Counted from the stretch's first letter, positions 43,583 through 53,605 are shown. The stretch: 58,412 nucleotides of DNA from Candidatus Fermentibacteraceae bacterium (GCA_041686025.1 JAWLEP010000005.1:1-58412); one strand, 5' to 3'. Notes: generated by a model from the sequence alone, not told the origin. Translations and numbers: made by a program.

Positions 43583-44821
43583 CTAGAGCGTACCCGTCCA
43601 GTCATCGAGGCCGGGCTCGCCGCCGAGACCGTTGCCGTTGCCGTCCAGCGGGTTGCCGTAGCCGTCGGTGACGCCAACGGTTACTATCACCGTGACCTCG
43701 CCCTGCGGCTGGCGCAGCATGTAGCAGGTTACCTGGTCGCCGGAGGGCGCCAGCTCCCCCACCTCCAGGGGGATCTGGCCTGCGGAGTCCACGCACTGGA
43801 TGTTGGCCGGAACCAGAGTGGAGGCGTCCATGTTCACCGGATCGCCGGTGAGGCTCTCCTCGAACTCCACGTCGAAGCTCAGGGGCACCTCGCTGCTCAC
43901 CCGCGAGACGGTGGGCGGGGTGGAGTTGGTCGTGCTGTCGTCCGCCATCTGGAAGTCCCAGACGAAGTCCTGCTCGTCCGGCCATACGTGGCCGTCCCTG
44001 TCGGAGTCCAGAAGGTTGCCGGCGGAGTCCGCCACCTGGGAGCTGAGCACCACCGTGTAGCGGGTGCCGAACTCCAGCCTGTTGTCGGGGGTCGCCAAGA
44101 GCTGGGTGGGCGTGATCGAGTCGATGGTGATGCCCACCTCGGTGGAGTCCTCGGTGCGGAGGAGCTTCAGAGAGCCCGCACCGAAGGTGGAGGCGTCCAT
44201 GGGACCGTCCTCGAAGACGATCTGGATGGGGACGTCCGGGTCCTCCAGGCCCCCCTGCTCGGGGGGAGAGAAGGGACCCACCCGCGGGGGCGTCAGGTCC
44301 ATCTCCTCCGCCGCCCCGTTGTGGAAGGTCAGCCTGGCGTCGTCCCAGGGCGAGCCGTCGGACACCGCGTTGAAGTTGGGGTCCAGCGGGACGCCCGCCA
44401 GATTGGTCGCCCCTCCGGCCGTGAGGGTGAGCAGGTAGGCGGTCTCCCGGGTGAAGGTGGCGTGGATCTCCATCCGGCGCGCCGCCGGGTAGTAGGATAC
44501 CTCATCGATCTGGGGTGCGGGCGCCCCCGCCGTGGTGGCCGCAAGCTCCAGGGAAGCCTCAACCATGGTGGCCGGGGCCATGGGCTGGTCGAATACCACC
44601 AGGATGGCGTCCTGTATGCCGTCTTCGACCGGGTCCAGGTCGTTCAGCACCGAGCTTCCCAGACCCTCGCTTGCAGTTCCCCACACGTCCACGTGGGGAT
44701 GGGTGGCCCCTCCCTGCCAGTCTGCGTCGGGGTCGGCGGTGAACGGATTGTCTTCGGCGCATGCCAGGGCCAGCAGGGCAATCAGGGCCAAGGCTGCCGG
44801 TATCGTTATTGGCTTTCTCAT
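43583..44821 (-). CDS. Lipoprotein with tandem bacterial Ig-like (Big_5/SbsA-type) domains
   Basis: ATG 44821; lipobox ALAC; three repeats of V.F..PM..ST..., YTVVLS..VADSAGN.LD; DxDxDG-type loops. Confidence 0.8.
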   Translation of the reverse strand: MRKPITIPAALALIALLALACAEDNPFTADPDADWQGGATHPHVDVWGTASEGLGSSVLNDLDPVEDGIQDAILVVFDQPMAPATMVEASLELAATTAGAPAPQIDEVSYYPAARRMEIHATFTRETAYLLTLTAGGATNLAGVPLDPNFNAVSDGSPWDDARLTFHNGAAEEMDLTPPRVGPFSPPEQGGLEDPDVPIQIVFEDGPMDASTFGAGSLKLLRTEDSTEVGITIDSITPTQLLATPDNRLEFGTRYTVVLSSQVADSAGNLLDSDRDGHVWPDEQDFVWDFQMADDSTTNSTPPTVSRVSSEVPLSFDVEFEESLTGDPVNMDASTLVPANIQCVDSAGQIPLEVGELAPSGDQVTCYMLRQPQGEVTVIVTVGVTDGYGNPLDGNGNGLGGEPGLDDWTGTL

Positions 44822-44834
44822 GATCGACCTCCCG

Positions 44835-46538
44835 TCAGAACAGCAGCGTGGCCGATACACGCCACTGGTTCATGCGGTCGCTTATTCCCATAAGGTCCAC
44901 CGTGAGGTTCTCCGCGGCCCTGAATCCCAATCCGTAGTGGAAGGGGATCTCCGTCCTGGAGTCCTCGGTGGTGACCAGGGTACCGTCGCTGGTTACCCAG
45001 GGGTCCTCGGTGAACTCCTGCTCGGTCCCGTCGCCGTAGACGATGTGCGTCTGCACCGGCGAGGCGGAGAGCAGTGAGGTGGATTGCGTCTCCTTCTCCC
45101 AGACGAACCCCGGGCTGGCCCCCAGCCGGGCGCGCAGCCTGGGAAGGACGGCGAACTCCACGGCCGCGGGGAAGCGTATGCCCGTGGTCTCCAGCGTGGT
45201 CTTCTCCATCTCGGTTGTGGACATGGTACTGGTGGCGGTGTAGTCGTCGGGGTCGGCGGCCTCCTGGTCGCCGTCGTCGAAGGTCTCCACTATCTCCGTG
45301 GAGGAGGCCACGATGCTCTCGTCAGACGTGGTGTGCGAGCTGAAGAAGCCCCCCAGCGCCAGGTCCAGCCTGTCGGTGGGAGAAGCGCTGATTCGCAGCC
45401 CGCCCCGTGCGGTGGTCTCGCTGTTGTCCACCTCCACCGAGCCGGTGGACGAGCCGTCCACCTGCGTGGTCTGCAGCAGCGACCCGAAGCTCTCCTGGTA
45501 CAGCGTGTCCATGCTCATGCTGTAATCGTCGCTGGTGCCGTCGAGGCTCATGGTCCTGTAACCGCCCACGAGGTCCATCTTCCAGGTATCGTCGAGGTCC
45601 CAGCGGATCTCGGCTCCGCCTCCGAAGGTGCTGCCGCCGAGGTCGGCGCCGTAGCTCCAGGTCTGGCTGGCCGTCATCTGGTCGTAGACCTCGGCCTCAG
45701 AGGGCAGGCTGTCCCAGGAGCCGGAGGCGGTCATGGTGTTCTCCAGGCTCACCGAGTGCGAGATGAAGGTGAACATGGCTCCGCCGGTGACGCCCTCGGA
45801 CATGCGGAAGCTGCCGGAGAGTGCGCCCCCGAAGCCGCCGCCCTCCCGGAGCTCCGACCCCTCGGAGTCCTCGCCGAGGGTGTAGGTCTCGATGCCCTCC
45901 ACCAGGTTGCTGTCGGATACCTCGGTGCTGTAGTTGAGCTGTGAGGGGGTCTGCTCCACCTTGTCCTTGAAGTAGCCCAGACCCAGGCCCACCTGGCTGA
46001 CCCCGTCCGGGGTCCATCCTCCGGCCAGCGTGAATCCGGTCCGGGTGGAGTCCGTCCATCCCTCCTCGCTGCGGTACATGGTGTGGCGGGAGTCGTAGGT
46101 GCCGTCGCCATCGGTGTCGGCGTACTCCGACCAGGTTCCCTCCGCGGCGCCGTCACCGGTGACCAGGGGGTCGGGGCCGGGGCCGGGGATCTCTATGGTC
46201 TCGAAGATCCTGTGGTCGTAGAACTCGCCGTATCCCCCCAGGGCCATGTCCGTGGCCACCAGGTCGGTGCTGCCTCCGATGAGGAACCCGGTCTCCCCGG
46301 TGCTGTCCCCGTCCAGGGCGGTGTCCTCGCCGTCCAGCAGGTTGGAGAGGCCGGTGTATATGCGGCTTCCCTCCACCTCGACCAGCCGGTCGGGCATTAT
46401 GCCCATGCCCAGAACGCTGCTCATCCAGAGGTCCAGGTCGTCCAGTATGAGGCCTCCGGTGGAGCGGGACCTGAAGGACTGCGGCTGAGCCACCGCCCCC
46501 AGCGCTGCCACCAGAAGAAGACACAGTGCTACTCGCAT
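44835..46538 (-). CDS. Putative outer-membrane beta-barrel protein, unknown family
   Basis: Signal peptide; alternating S/T/G-hydrophobic strands; P.AVEF..LP.LRARLG; C-terminal WRVSATLLF; DTDGDGTYD loop. Confidence 0.65.
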   Translation of the reverse strand: MRVALCLLLVAALGAVAQPQSFRSRSTGGLILDDLDLWMSSVLGMGIMPDRLVEVEGSRIYTGLSNLLDGEDTALDGDSTGETGFLIGGSTDLVATDMALGGYGEFYDHRIFETIEIPGPGPDPLVTGDGAAEGTWSEYADTDGDGTYDSRHTMYRSEEGWTDSTRTGFTLAGGWTPDGVSQVGLGLGYFKDKVEQTPSQLNYSTEVSDSNLVEGIETYTLGEDSEGSELREGGGFGGALSGSFRMSEGVTGGAMFTFISHSVSLENTMTASGSWDSLPSEAEVYDQMTASQTWSYGADLGGSTFGGGAEIRWDLDDTWKMDLVGGYRTMSLDGTSDDYSMSMDTLYQESFGSLLQTTQVDGSSTGSVEVDNSETTARGGLRISASPTDRLDLALGGFFSSHTTSDESIVASSTEIVETFDDGDQEAADPDDYTATSTMSTTEMEKTTLETTGIRFPAAVEFAVLPRLRARLGASPGFVWEKETQSTSLLSASPVQTHIVYGDGTEQEFTEDPWVTSDGTLVTTEDSRTEIPFHYGLGFRAAENLTVDLMGISDRMNQWRVSATLLF

Positions 46539-46573
46539 TACTACCCCTCCTCGATGCTGTGTGTCGGTCTCTG

Positions 46574-48448
46574 CTATCTAACCGCCGCCAGCTTCAGGAG
46601 ATGGACGTCATCTCCAAGCTTCAGCAGGGCAACGTAGACACCGGCTGCCACGGTGTCGCCCGCGGTGTCTGAGCCGTCCCAGTGGAACGCCTCTCCCGGC
46701 ACCGGGGCCCTGTACACACCGTTCTCCAAGCCGAATCTGCGTTCATTGTACACCGGATGGCCGGACAGGTCAAATACGGACAGCTCCGCATCCAGCGGGC
46801 CGCCGGATACGTCGAAGCCGATGTAGAACCCCCCGGTGGAGGGGTTCGGGTAGGCCGAGGGCTGACCCGGGCCCTCCGCGGGGTCGACGAAGACCTCCAG
46901 CTCCACGCCGGACTGGTCCAGCGTTCCGGTCATCGCCAGAACGCTGCCCCATCCTCCCGCGTCCGCGACACTGTAGGTGCCCGTCCTGCCCGGGTCCCAG
47001 GCGAACCATCCCCCGGCGTTGGTGGCCACCTCGGCGGTGGTGTCGGCAACGGTCACCAGAAGAGGGTAGCCCTGCAGCGGCTCCCCGGTGTCGCTTCTGC
47101 GGACCAGCCCGGTGACCGACCGGTACCGGAAGGCCGCAGGAGCATCCAGGGCCCCCCAGCCGAAATCGTTGCCCGGCGAGCCCGAGCGGTCGGCCGTCTG
47201 CAGCAGCGCCTCCCTGACGTCGAAGACGTCCCATTCGGGGTGGGCCTGCAGCAGCAGCGCGGCGGCGGATGCCGCCAGGGGGGTGGCGAAGGAGGTGCCG
47301 TTGCCCGACTGGTAGCCTGTGCCGTCCCATACGGCGGTTACCGAGTTCACTCCCCGGCAGCAGCCCTCGGGCTTGATGCGTCCGTCAGCGGTGGGGCCCC
47401 GGGAGGAGAAGTCGGCCAACTCTCCGCCGGAGCTGACGGCCCCCACCGAGAACACGGAGTCGCCGTCGGCGGGCGCGATCAGCGTCCCGGATCCGGGGCC
47501 GTAGTTGCCCACGGCGTTGTAGACCATGAGGCCCCCGGCGGCGGCCAGGTCGGCGGCGATGGTGGTCACCGCGGTGTTGCCGTCGAGGTCCCCGTAGCCG
47601 TACCAGTCTATGTACCCCAGCGAGCTGGAGACCACCCAGGCCCCGGCGCTGTCGGCCCACTCCAGCCCCGCCACCCAGAAGTCCTCCTCCTGGGGGTACT
47701 CGTCGCCGCAGTCCTCGGTCTTGGCCAGAAGGAAAGAGGCCCCGGGCGCCCCCCCGGAGTAGACTCCCTCCTCCAGGCCGCCCAGCAGCGACAGCACCGC
47801 CGTCCCGTGCCCGGCCTGGCCGGGGGGATCATCGGCCTCCTGGGATACGTCAGGGTCTTCGTCTATGAAGTCCCAGGCGGACTGCACCGACACCGACTGC
47901 AGGCAGGGGTGGTCCAGCTGGAAGCCGGTGTCCAGGACGGCCAGCACAACGCCCTGGCCCGTGTAGCCCCGCTGCTGGAGCACGCTGATCCCGGTCTGCG
48001 AGAGCTGGCCGTCGGAGAGGTCCAGGGCCCCGGGAGCCGACTTGTCCGGCACGGGGATGGGCGCGGACCGGCCCACCGGCCGGACCCCATCCACAAAGGG
48101 AAGGGCCTCCAGCATCTCCGGGCTGACTCCCCGCAGCTCCGCGCTTACCGCGTTCAGCAGCCTCGACCGCACCCTGATGGAGCAGCCCATGCCTCGAAGG
48201 GCCTCCACGTAGCCGCTGTACGGAAGCAGGTCGGTCTCCCGGGCTTGCAGGGCTCCCACCGACGCCCGGCGCTCGGCGGAGGGACCCTCCGCCAGCCGGG
48301 CGCCCCTGGCCTCCAGCCGCGACGAGAGCCGCGGGCCGCGGTCGGCCAGGAAGACCCACCAGGCCTCCTGGGCATTCGAGGAGGCCGTGGACAGAAGAAG
48401 GGCGCAGACCAGGGAGGCCCACACCCCTCGCTCAATTCTCATTCGCAT
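46574..48448 (-). CDS. Secreted subtilisin-like serine protease (S8) with C-terminal FlgD-Ig/T9SS-like sorting domain
   Basis: Triad motifs VLDTG, GHGTAV, GNGTSFATP; FSSRGPT; C-terminal AYPNP..SVFDLSG..WDGSD..G..VAAGVYV..L. Confidence 0.93.
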   Translation of the reverse strand: MRMRIERGVWASLVCALLLSTASSNAQEAWWVFLADRGPRLSSRLEARGARLAEGPSAERRASVGALQARETDLLPYSGYVEALRGMGCSIRVRSRLLNAVSAELRGVSPEMLEALPFVDGVRPVGRSAPIPVPDKSAPGALDLSDGQLSQTGISVLQQRGYTGQGVVLAVLDTGFQLDHPCLQSVSVQSAWDFIDEDPDVSQEADDPPGQAGHGTAVLSLLGGLEEGVYSGGAPGASFLLAKTEDCGDEYPQEEDFWVAGLEWADSAGAWVVSSSLGYIDWYGYGDLDGNTAVTTIAADLAAAGGLMVYNAVGNYGPGSGTLIAPADGDSVFSVGAVSSGGELADFSSRGPTADGRIKPEGCCRGVNSVTAVWDGTGYQSGNGTSFATPLAASAAALLLQAHPEWDVFDVREALLQTADRSGSPGNDFGWGALDAPAAFRYRSVTGLVRRSDTGEPLQGYPLLVTVADTTAEVATNAGGWFAWDPGRTGTYSVADAGGWGSVLAMTGTLDQSGVELEVFVDPAEGPGQPSAYPNPSTGGFYIGFDVSGGPLDAELSVFDLSGHPVYNERRFGLENGVYRAPVPGEAFHWDGSDTAGDTVAAGVYVALLKLGDDVHLLKLAAVR

Positions 48449-48482
48449 TCTTCTCTTGCTCAGGCCGGCGCCGGGTCAGCTA

Positions 48483-49019
48483 TCACGTGTCCGAATAGTC
48501 ATACCACTGCCAGATCAGCCACTCGCCGCTGGTGGAGTCCTGCTTGCAGATGAAGTCCGCCTGGCCGCTGGCCTGGTATCCGCCCTCGCCCTGGTAGACC
48601 TTCAGCTGGAAGTCGCACTGGAAGAGCTTGCCGTCACCGTAGGGAACCCCCTGCGGTATGTTCAGCGTCAGCGTGATCTGGTCCACCTCGCCGCCCTCGA
48701 AGAGCACCTCGTGGAACTGCTCCTCCAGGTCCAGGCCCCATGACTGGTCGGTCTGGCCGTCGCCGTCGTAGTCGGCCCAGTCCGTCTCCAGCAGGAAGAA
48801 CTCGAAGTCATCCCGGAAGCACATGAGGTAGTGGTCGAGGTCCATGGACTTGTAGGCCAGCTCCAGGTTCTCCAGGACCTTGTAGGCGCTGTCGCAGAAC
48901 TCGTGGTATACCTGGTCCTGCCCGCCGTCCCCCGAGTCGGGCGAGAAAGGGTTCCAGCAGCCGGTCAGCAGCACCGCGGCGGCCAGCGCCAGCAATGCCG
49001 TTCTTCTCGCAGTCAGCAT
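48483..49019 (-). CDS. Hypothetical lipoprotein (NTF2/SnoaL-like pattern)
   Basis: ATG 49019; lipobox LTGC-WNPF; VLENLELAY..MD...Y..CF.DDFEF; W.I..W.D at the end; DYDGDG loop. Confidence 0.72.
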   Translation of the reverse strand: MLTARRTALLALAAAVLLTGCWNPFSPDSGDGGQDQVYHEFCDSAYKVLENLELAYKSMDLDHYLMCFRDDFEFFLLETDWADYDGDGQTDQSWGLDLEEQFHEVLFEGGEVDQITLTLNIPQGVPYGDGKLFQCDFQLKVYQGEGGYQASGQADFICKQDSTSGEWLIWQWYDYSDT

Positions 49020-49211
49020 GATCCCCCTCGTAGCGAAGGTTCGTTTGCGCGGGGCAGGCAAATCCCGCCCATCTGCAGTCGAAACAATTTCCTGCCGAAA
49101 TGGTTTCGTCAAGACGGCAGGCCCCGGGCCCGGGCGTCCGAAGAGCCTGCGGCGGAGTCTCGTTGACTTGCCTGGGGGGCTGGATCATCTTCGCCCCGAA
49201 GGGGGGACGGA

Positions 49212-50339
49212 TTGATCAGAGCGCTTCTGGCGGCGCTGACACTGGCCGCCGCATCCGCGGGCAACGAGGTGGACCGGGCCATCGACCTCTACATGATGGG
49301 CGACATTCCCGGGGCCATATCGGCGCTGGAGGATCTGCTGGAGGAGGGCGGACTCTCCTACGACGAGCAGCTGCGGGTCTGGGAGCGCCTGGGCTCGGCA
49401 TACTACGCCATGGGGCAGACCGCGAAGGCCGAGGAGGCCTACCTGAACCTGGTGAGCCTGGATACCCACTACCAGCTCCCTCCCACCGCGAATCCCCGCC
49501 TCCGTCAGCTTCTGCAGGAGGTCCGGGAGGAGCATGTGGCGTCCGCCGAGGTGACCTCAGACCCCGATGGTGCGCTGGTGGCGCTGGACGGTGAGCTCAT
49601 GGGAGTGACCCCGCTGTCGCTGCCCGATCTGCTGGCGGGGCGCAGCTACGAGATAGCCGTCTACGCCGAGGGCTACGCTCCGGAGGTAAGGAGCATTACT
49701 CCGGAAGCCGGAGCCGTCCATGTGATGGACTTCGGCCTCTCCGAGGCCAGCGGCGACAGCGCCGCTGCGGTAGCCGTGGAGGAGGGAGGCAGCTCGGCCG
49801 ACCTGGTCAACGTGATCACCTCATCGCAGGGCGGGGGCATCGACATGGCCGCCCTGGCTGGCTCCGGCGCCATGAGCGGAGAGAGGAGCGCAGGCGGCAT
49901 GGCCGGCTCCCAGGCTGGAACCGTTGGGGTGGGGGACACCTCGTCAGGCGGGCCGGTTTTCACCAGGCAGGACCTGGAGCAGTCCATGGTGTTCACCGAC
50001 GTCACCTCGTCCGGGTCGGGTTCGCCGGGAGGGTCCGGGGCCACGGTGAACTCCCGCAGCTCCGACGACATAATGGAGGTGCTGACCCAGAACAGGAGCC
50101 AGATAACCCACGTCTACAACAAGCACCTGCGGAACGATCCCCTGCTCTCCGGCACGGTGGAGATGGAGATGGTCATAGAGCCCAGCGGACGGGTCTCCGA
50201 CGTGAACATAGTGAGCTCCAACACCTACAACCCGGCCTTCGAGCTGGAGCTGGCCCGCACCGTGGAGACCTGGCGCTTCGGGGCCGTGGACGAGGACGAG
50301 GGTTCCCTGATCATCCAGTACCCCTTCAGCTTCCAGTAG
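49212..50339 (+). CDS. Exported protein: TPR-like + PEGA + TonB C-terminal (AgmX/PglI-like) domain
   Basis: Signal peptide; helical TPR-like N-terminus; PEGA VTSDPDGALVALDG..MGVTPL..GY; RS..DI..V......I..VYNKHLRNDP.LSGTV....VIEPSGRV....IVSS...WRF....YPFSF. Confidence 0.82.
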   Translation: MIRALLAALTLAAASAGNEVDRAIDLYMMGDIPGAISALEDLLEEGGLSYDEQLRVWERLGSAYYAMGQTAKAEEAYLNLVSLDTHYQLPPTANPRLRQLLQEVREEHVASAEVTSDPDGALVALDGELMGVTPLSLPDLLAGRSYEIAVYAEGYAPEVRSITPEAGAVHVMDFGLSEASGDSAAAVAVEEGGSSADLVNVITSSQGGGIDMAALAGSGAMSGERSAGGMAGSQAGTVGVGDTSSGGPVFTRQDLEQSMVFTDVTSSGSGSPGGSGATVNSRSSDDIMEVLTQNRSQITHVYNKHLRNDPLLSGTVEMEMVIEPSGRVSDVNIVSSNTYNPAFELELARTVETWRFGAVDEDEGSLIIQYPFSFQ

Positions 50340-50349
50340 CCGAAGCCGC

Positions 50350-50919
50350 CTACTTCTCCCCGTTCTTCTTGGTGTAGACGATCATGGTCAGGTGGGTGCG
50401 CCTGGTGCCGCCCTCTTTCGGCGAGCGGTCCTTCCACCTGCGGACCAGGTCCTTCAGCTCGTCGGACAGCTGCTCCGCCTCCGCAGGCGAGAGGGTGTAG
50501 TCCAGGTGCACGCTGAAGGCCTTTCTCATCTCCTCCGAAGAGAGCAGCTTGTTGTCCATGGCGTTGCGGATGTCCAGTATGGTGGCGTCGAAGTTGGATA
50601 TGGCCGTCTCCAGGAAGGCCTGCTGGCCGGCGGCCCCCTGGCCGAAGATGCCGGGGTCGATCCTGAACAGGCGGGCCACCGGCTGGTAGTACTTCTCCAC
50701 CAGGTTGCCCCGCTGCCGGGTCTCCACCACCTCCAGTATGCCCACCTTCTCCAACTCGGTAACGTGGTAGTAGAGCCGGTTGGGCTTCTCGTCCAGGACC
50801 TTCGCCACCTGGGTGGTGGTCATGGGCTCCTTGCCCAGTATCTTCACTATCTCCACCCGCAGCGGCACGGCCATTGCCTTCACCTGCTCCAGCTCGGTAA
50901 GGACCTCCATGTCCCTCAC
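50350..50919 (-). CDS. Winged-helix transcriptional regulator (ArsR/HTH_20-like)
   Basis: KAMAVPLRVEIV, PMTTTQVA..L......LYYHV.ELEKVG.LEVVET...NLVEKYY; GTG 50919 after GAGAGGGG (alternative ATG 50910). Confidence 0.88.
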   Translation of the reverse strand: MRDMEVLTELEQVKAMAVPLRVEIVKILGKEPMTTTQVAKVLDEKPNRLYYHVTELEKVGILEVVETRQRGNLVEKYYQPVARLFRIDPGIFGQGAAGQQAFLETAISNFDATILDIRNAMDNKLLSSEEMRKAFSVHLDYTLSPAEAEQLSDELKDLVRRWKDRSPKEGGTRRTHLTMIVYTKKNGEK

Positions 50920-51085
50920 GATGACCCCTCTCGGTGAACGTACAAGATTAATTGTTTGTGTAGAATGAATTAGACAACCCCCGGGAGGGGATGTCAACCC
51001 CGCACCGCATTAGCCCGCCGGGGCCGGGTTTGTATATTCGACTCCAAAGCAGCGGCCGGCGTAAAACGGACTGAGGGGGGACAGC

Positions 51086-51694
51086 TTGGAGGACTGTATT
51101 TCGGCGGAGACCAGGGATATCCTGTCCGGATGCGACGCACTGCTGGAGGGGCACTTCCGGTACACCTCGGGCCGCCACGGAAGCGTCTACTTCGAGAAGA
51201 TACGGCTGGCGCAGCACCCGGAGCTGGTGATGCGGCTGGCGGAGCTGATGGAGCGGAGGCTGGAGGGGCTTCGCGAGGATGCGGAGATAGTCTGCGCCCC
51301 CGCATTCGGCGCCCTGGTCTTCGGCTTCGCGCTGGCCTACAGGCTGGAGCTGCCCTTCGCCTTTCTGCAGCGGGGCAGCGACGAGAGGATGAAGCTGCGC
51401 AGCGGCTTCACCGAGGTGGAGGCCGGCAGAAAGGTGCTGATGGTGGAGGACGTGACCACCACCGGCGGCAGCGTGAGGGAGTCCATGGAGGTGCTGGAGG
51501 AGCGGGGGCTGTCCATCTCCGCGGTGGGCCTGCTGGTGGACAGGACCGGAGGCGAGCTGGACCTGGGTGTTCCCTGCAGGGCGCTGCTGACGGTGAACGC
51601 CGAGAGCTGGCCCCCCGATGAGTGCCCCCTGTGCCGCCGGGGCATGGAGCTGCAGACCCCGGGATCATCCTCGCGGAAGGTCCGGGACGGCTAG
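51086..51694 (+). CDS. pyrE: Orotate phosphoribosyltransferase
   Basis: ALLEGHFRYTSGRHG..YFEK; PRPP motif VLMVEDVTTTGGSV; LVDR; CPLC tail. Confidence 0.93.
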   Translation: MEDCISAETRDILSGCDALLEGHFRYTSGRHGSVYFEKIRLAQHPELVMRLAELMERRLEGLREDAEIVCAPAFGALVFGFALAYRLELPFAFLQRGSDERMKLRSGFTEVEAGRKVLMVEDVTTTGGSVRESMEVLEERGLSISAVGLLVDRTGGELDLGVPCRALLTVNAESWPPDECPLCRRGMELQTPGSSSRKVRDG

Positions 51695-52599
51695 GCCTCG
51701 GCCTCCTCGATGCAGACCCGGTTGCGGCCCTCCTCCTTGGCCCTGTAGAGGCCGTCGTCGGCCAGGGAGATGAGCCTGGTGACGTCTATGTCCGTCCCGT
51801 CGCAGGTGCCGCCGCCCACGCTGGTGGTGAGGCGCAGCCCGTCCTCCACCTCGGTGAGGTCCATGCGCTCCACGTGGGCCCTGATCCTCTCGGCGATGGT
51901 TGCGCACTCCCCGGGCCCCGTCTCCGGCAGCACCAGCAGGAACTCCTCCCCGCCGTACCGGCCGGTCTTGTCGTAGCTGCGGGACTCCTCGTCGATCAGG
52001 AGGGCGAACCGCTTCAGGACCTGGTCCCCGGCCTGGTGGCCCCAGGTGTCGTTGACCTGCTTGAAGCGGTCGAGGTCGAACAGCAGCACCGAGGTGGGGG
52101 TGTTCTTGCGGGAGGCCCGCTTCAGCTCCGCGTCCAGCTCCTTCAGTATGGCGGTATGGTTCAGAAGCCCCGTCATGCTGTCGGTCCTGGCCATCACGGC
52201 GAGCCTGTCGCTCAGCTTCCTCAGCTCCGTCTCCAGCCTCACCGTCCTTACTCCCACGTTTATCCTGGCCCTGAGCTCGTCGGGGTCCACCGGCCTGGCG
52301 ATGAAGTCGTCCGCGCCGCTGTCCAGCACGTCCACCACGTCCTCGGAGCTGTCGTCGGCGGTGAGAATGATGGTGTAGGGGCTCAGACCCATCTCCTCTC
52401 CGGCCTTCTCCAGGGCCTCGGTGGCGGCCAGGTCCGGCATGGCCCAGTCCAGTATGGCCAGGTCGACGTCTCCGCCCCGCAGCAGGTCCATGGCCCGGGG
52501 GCCCTTCCGGGCCGTCTCGGGCTGGTGCCCCAGCTTCTTCACCAGTTCGGCCAGCTTCCCCAGGCGCTCGGGGTCGTTGTCGGCGAGCAGTATCTTCAC
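51691..52599 (-). CDS. Response-regulator diguanylate cyclase (REC-GGDEF, WspR/PleD-like)
   Basis: GTG 52599 after GAGGGAAG; REC (ILDWAMP, GADDFI); DSMTGLLN, DLDRFKQVNDTWGH; I-site RSYD; RYGGEEF. Confidence 0.94.
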   Translation of the reverse strand: MKILLADNDPERLGKLAELVKKLGHQPETARKGPRAMDLLRGGDVDLAILDWAMPDLAATEALEKAGEEMGLSPYTIILTADDSSEDVVDVLDSGADDFIARPVDPDELRARINVGVRTVRLETELRKLSDRLAVMARTDSMTGLLNHTAILKELDAELKRASRKNTPTSVLLFDLDRFKQVNDTWGHQAGDQVLKRFALLIDEESRSYDKTGRYGGEEFLLVLPETGPGECATIAERIRAHVERMDLTEVEDGLRLTTSVGGGTCDGTDIDVTRLISLADDGLYRAKEEGRNRVCIEEAEA

Positions 52600-52678
52600 G
52601 GCTTCCCTCCAGACATGCACGTAGCGGTCATACGCCCGGCCCTCGCAGGGTATTAATCTGATAAAGAGGAGTAGGCGT

Positions 52679-53605
52679 TCAGTCAATCGCCGTTGGTGGT
52701 TTCTCCTGGCTTCCGGACTCCGTCGGGGGGTCCCCCGGCTCCTGGTTGAAGTAGCGGGCCATCTGCGCGTACAGGTCGGGGGCCGCCTCTCTCATACGGT
52801 GGGGCTCCTCGAAGAAGGCCTCCACCGAGCAGGCGAAGAACTCCGCCGGAGTCGTACCCGCGTAGCCCCGCAGAAGGGAGTCGCCCCTCCGCACCCTCTC
52901 GAACTCGCTGTGCATCACCTGCGCCCAGCCCCTGTAGGCGCCCAGCTCCAGGTTGTCGGGCACGCCGTCCGGCCTCCGGCCGTCCAGCACGTGGGCGAAC
53001 TCGTGGTATCCCACGTTGTAGCCGTCGGTCTCGTCCTCGAAGCCCCGGTACAGGTCCGGCAGCGAGATGATCACGCCCCCGATGGAGTGCACGAGGCCGG
53101 AGGCGGCCATGGTGTGATCCTCGATCTCGGTGGAGTAGCTGCCGTCGGTCCGGAAGGGTCCGGGGTATATGAGGATCTCGCCGAAGTCCGGGTACTCCCA
53201 CTCCGGCCGCCCGAAGACCAGCCGGACGGCGCTGGCGGCCACCAGGAGACGCACCTCGCGGGTTACCCGGACGTGGTCCACCCCGCTTATCGGGTGCTCG
53301 CCCAGGAACACCGCCACCAGCTCCTCGAACCTCCTCCTGTCCCCCTCGCCCAGCCTGCCGTAGAAGGACACCCTGCTCCTCAGCACCCGCCGGTCCTCAT
53401 CGGACAGGCCCTGCCGGGCCAGCTCGAGTCGCCTGCGCCACCTGCGCAGATAGGCCAGGACGTAGACCGCACCCCCCGCCCATACGAAGGGAAGCGTCCA
53501 CAGGGCATCCCCGCCGCGGTCCATTCCCGGAAGGCTCAGTACCATGCAGCAGGCGGCAACCAGCACCACCCGGCGCCTTATCCTCTCCTCGGGGTATATC
53601 CTCAA
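52679..53605 (-). CDS. MtfA-like zinc metallopeptidase (M90) with N-terminal TM segments
   Basis: EILIYP..F, DGYNVGYHEFAHVLD..DGVP, YAGTTPAEFFACSVEAFFEEP, LY.....YF.Q.P. Confidence 0.9.
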   Translation of the reverse strand: MRIYPEERIRRRVVLVAACCMVLSLPGMDRGGDALWTLPFVWAGGAVYVLAYLRRWRRRLELARQGLSDEDRRVLRSRVSFYGRLGEGDRRRFEELVAVFLGEHPISGVDHVRVTREVRLLVAASAVRLVFGRPEWEYPDFGEILIYPGPFRTDGSYSTEIEDHTMAASGLVHSIGGVIISLPDLYRGFEDETDGYNVGYHEFAHVLDGRRPDGVPDNLELGAYRGWAQVMHSEFERVRRGDSLLRGYAGTTPAEFFACSVEAFFEEPHRMREAAPDLYAQMARYFNQEPGDPPTESGSQEKPPTAID

